DNA of 64,000 nt from the IMG/VR virus record IMGVR_UViG_3300021185_003028, one strand, 5' to 3'. The notes beneath the pieces are model-generated. The model was given only the letters and a program-made list of their open reading frames with translations, was not told where the DNA came from and searched no databases. The position numbers and the translations under genes were made by a program. Below, in pieces: positions 62,663 through 64,000 of this stretch. This DNA is from an uncultured virus (IMG/VR IMGVR_UViG_3300021185_003028) (Duplodnaviria; Heunggongvirae; Uroviricota; Caudoviricetes). Positions within the stretch are counted from its first letter, which is position 1, and each line of letters opens with the position of its first letter.

Positions 62663-63154
62663 TCAGAAGGGGGACTTGCGCTTTGCGGCCATTGCGTCAG
62701 CACGCTCTTTTGCCTCTGCGGCTTTGAGAGCACGGATGGATGCCTTTTCCTCTTCCATCTCAAGGATTGCATCACGAACGATGATTGATGCGGCGACAAT
62801 TTCACCGATGAGTGTGTCTTTGTTGTCATGGATTTCGACTTGCCAATCCATGCCACGCTTGAAGAATGATACATCTTTGATGTTGCGGTCTTCGGTTGCG
62901 GTGATAACGCCACTGTCTTTGAGAATCTCAAGGCACTCGTCCTTAACCCAAACGCTTGCCGCTCCTCTTCGGTCGCCATACACTGATGCGATAACGAACT
63001 GTGATTCTTCTGATGGCTTGAGTGCAATGTACTTCACTGCACCTGCGCTTCGCTCGACTGCGACGAATCCACCTTTGGCGGTGAAGTCATCGACAATTTT
63101 TGCTTTGGTCAGTCTTTTCATCTCTTGTTTTCCGATTGAGTCTGTGTTGCTCAT
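62663..63154 (-). CDS. Hypothetical protein
   Basis: 163 aa; own promoter. Confidence 0.7.
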   Translation of the reverse strand: MSNTDSIGKQEMKRLTKAKIVDDFTAKGGFVAVERSAGAVKYIALKPSEESQFVIASVYGDRRGAASVWVKDECLEILKDSGVITATEDRNIKDVSFFKRGMDWQVEIHDNKDTLIGEIVAASIIVRDAILEMEEEKASIRALKAAEAKERADAMAAKRKSPF

Positions 63155-63684
63155 GATTCACTCATGGATACCACACCTATATGAAGGTTGTACTTATCGT
63201 TGAAATCTCCATTTGAGTATTTTTCACAACAGCCACGACATGATAATCGGCCAACAGGGACAATATCACGCTCGAACTTTATGCCACAGGAGGGACACGA
63301 CAAGACATATCGTGGCCGTCGGCGATTGAGCGTCCGAGCGAAGTCGTTTGACTCTGATTTGAAGAGATAGAATGACTGCCACCCCTCCTCAAGTTCAGTG
63401 AATTGAGGGCCGTGTCCTGCCTCAGAGCCGAGAAGGTAATGGCACATTTCATGGTGGAGTAGGCCCTTGAGCAAATGCCCACGACACTCTTTGAATGCGA
63501 GTGGGTGAAGTAGGATTGTTGGCCGTGACCCGTCGAATACGATTCGTGCTTGCACCCTACGGTTATCGGCGTCGAGATACCCGAAGTCGAATGATGTTGG
63601 CAGTCCCAACGACCATCGTCGTTCAGAACATAAAGCATAGAATATGTGGTGCAGGTGAGTGGTGTGTGCGCTCGTTAGAGTCAT
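63151..63684 (-). CDS. SprT-like zinc metalloprotease with C-terminal zinc ribbon
   Basis: LHHEMCH...HGPQF; CPSCG...CRGC; start uncertain. Confidence 0.75.
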   Translation of the reverse strand: MTLTSAHTTHLHHIFYALCSERRWSLGLPTSFDFGYLDADNRRVQARIVFDGSRPTILLHPLAFKECRGHLLKGLLHHEMCHYLLGSEAGHGPQFTELEEGWQSFYLFKSESNDFARTLNRRRPRYVLSCPSCGIKFERDIVPVGRLSCRGCCEKYSNGDFNDKYNLHIGVVSMSES

Positions 63685-63894
63685 TGTCAATCCTTCTTGC
63701 AGGGGTACATTCCATTGGGGTGTGTCCGTATCAGAATCTCGTTTCCTCGACGGAACATGACGAACTCCTGTGCAGGATTCACCAACATGAGCGTTTGAAG
63801 TAGTCTCCCTAATTCGGTAGGGTCGCCGAGCATCTCGACAGTCTTCTCCACATACAGACGAGTGCAACATACGGTATAAGACCTCTTCGCCCAC

Positions 63895-63999
63895 CTATAT
63901 GAGCGTGAAGACTATTGCGTTTGCACTGTGAGCAGGGTTGTAGTCGATGTGCCACGATTGATATGAATGCGTTGGATTGATGACTTGAACGAAGTGCTT
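63895..63999 (-). CDS. 3' end of a gene entering from beyond the window
   Basis: Open frame KHFVQVINPTHSYQSWHIDYNPAHSANAIVFTLI*. Confidence 0.4.
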   Translation of the reverse strand, partial: KHFVQVINPTHSYQSWHIDYNPAHSANAIVFTLI

Positions 64000-64000
64000 A

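Noticed and set aside
63685..63894. N-terminal 70 aa extension of the SprT-like ORF
   Set aside because: It does not look protein-like, and another frame in this interval may encode a separate small protein; unresolved, so not called.
1..64000. Prophage or integrated element, inteins, DGR
   Set aside because: No integrase, host genes, intein-sized insertions in PolB, helicase or TerL, or reverse transcriptase were seen in the window.

Overview
This window is 64 kb of a tailed dsDNA virus of Archaea (Caudoviricetes, long non-contractile tail). Gene content and promoter style point, by inference, to a magrovirus-like virus of Marine Group II/Poseidoniales. All but one CDS lie on the - strand. 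It encodes an HK97-type head (TerL, portal, protease-scaffold, major capsid protein) and a siphovirus tail (tube, frameshifted chaperone, tape measure, hub, 1709 and 2046 aa virion proteins). It also encodes a near-complete archaeal-type replisome (PolB, PCNA-like clamp, RFC small and large-like subunits, fused PriS-PriL primase, AAA+ helicase, RPA-like SSB), repair and recombination enzymes (XPF/ERCC4, XPD/DinG, RecB/Cas4-like nuclease, Sak4-like ATPase, DenV-like, SprT-like), a MoxR/VWA pair and many small genes. The most notable unexplained structure is regulatory. (i) About 45 promoters fall into three sequence classes that track gene function and give mostly leaderless mRNAs. (ii) At 22.6-23.1 kb, three copies of a bidirectional promoter unit form a symmetric array around two ORF-less, highly structured RNAs, next to an origin-like segment. 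(iii) Accessory single-gene modules have their promoter exactly 9 nt after the upstream stop codon. (iv) An internal promoter would express a nested scaffold protein. No tRNA, rRNA, CRISPR array or integrase was seen. Many starts were moved from the ORF-track GTG, which is part of the promoter, to the ATG about 29 nt after the TATA box. All family assignments come from motif recognition by eye, not database searches.
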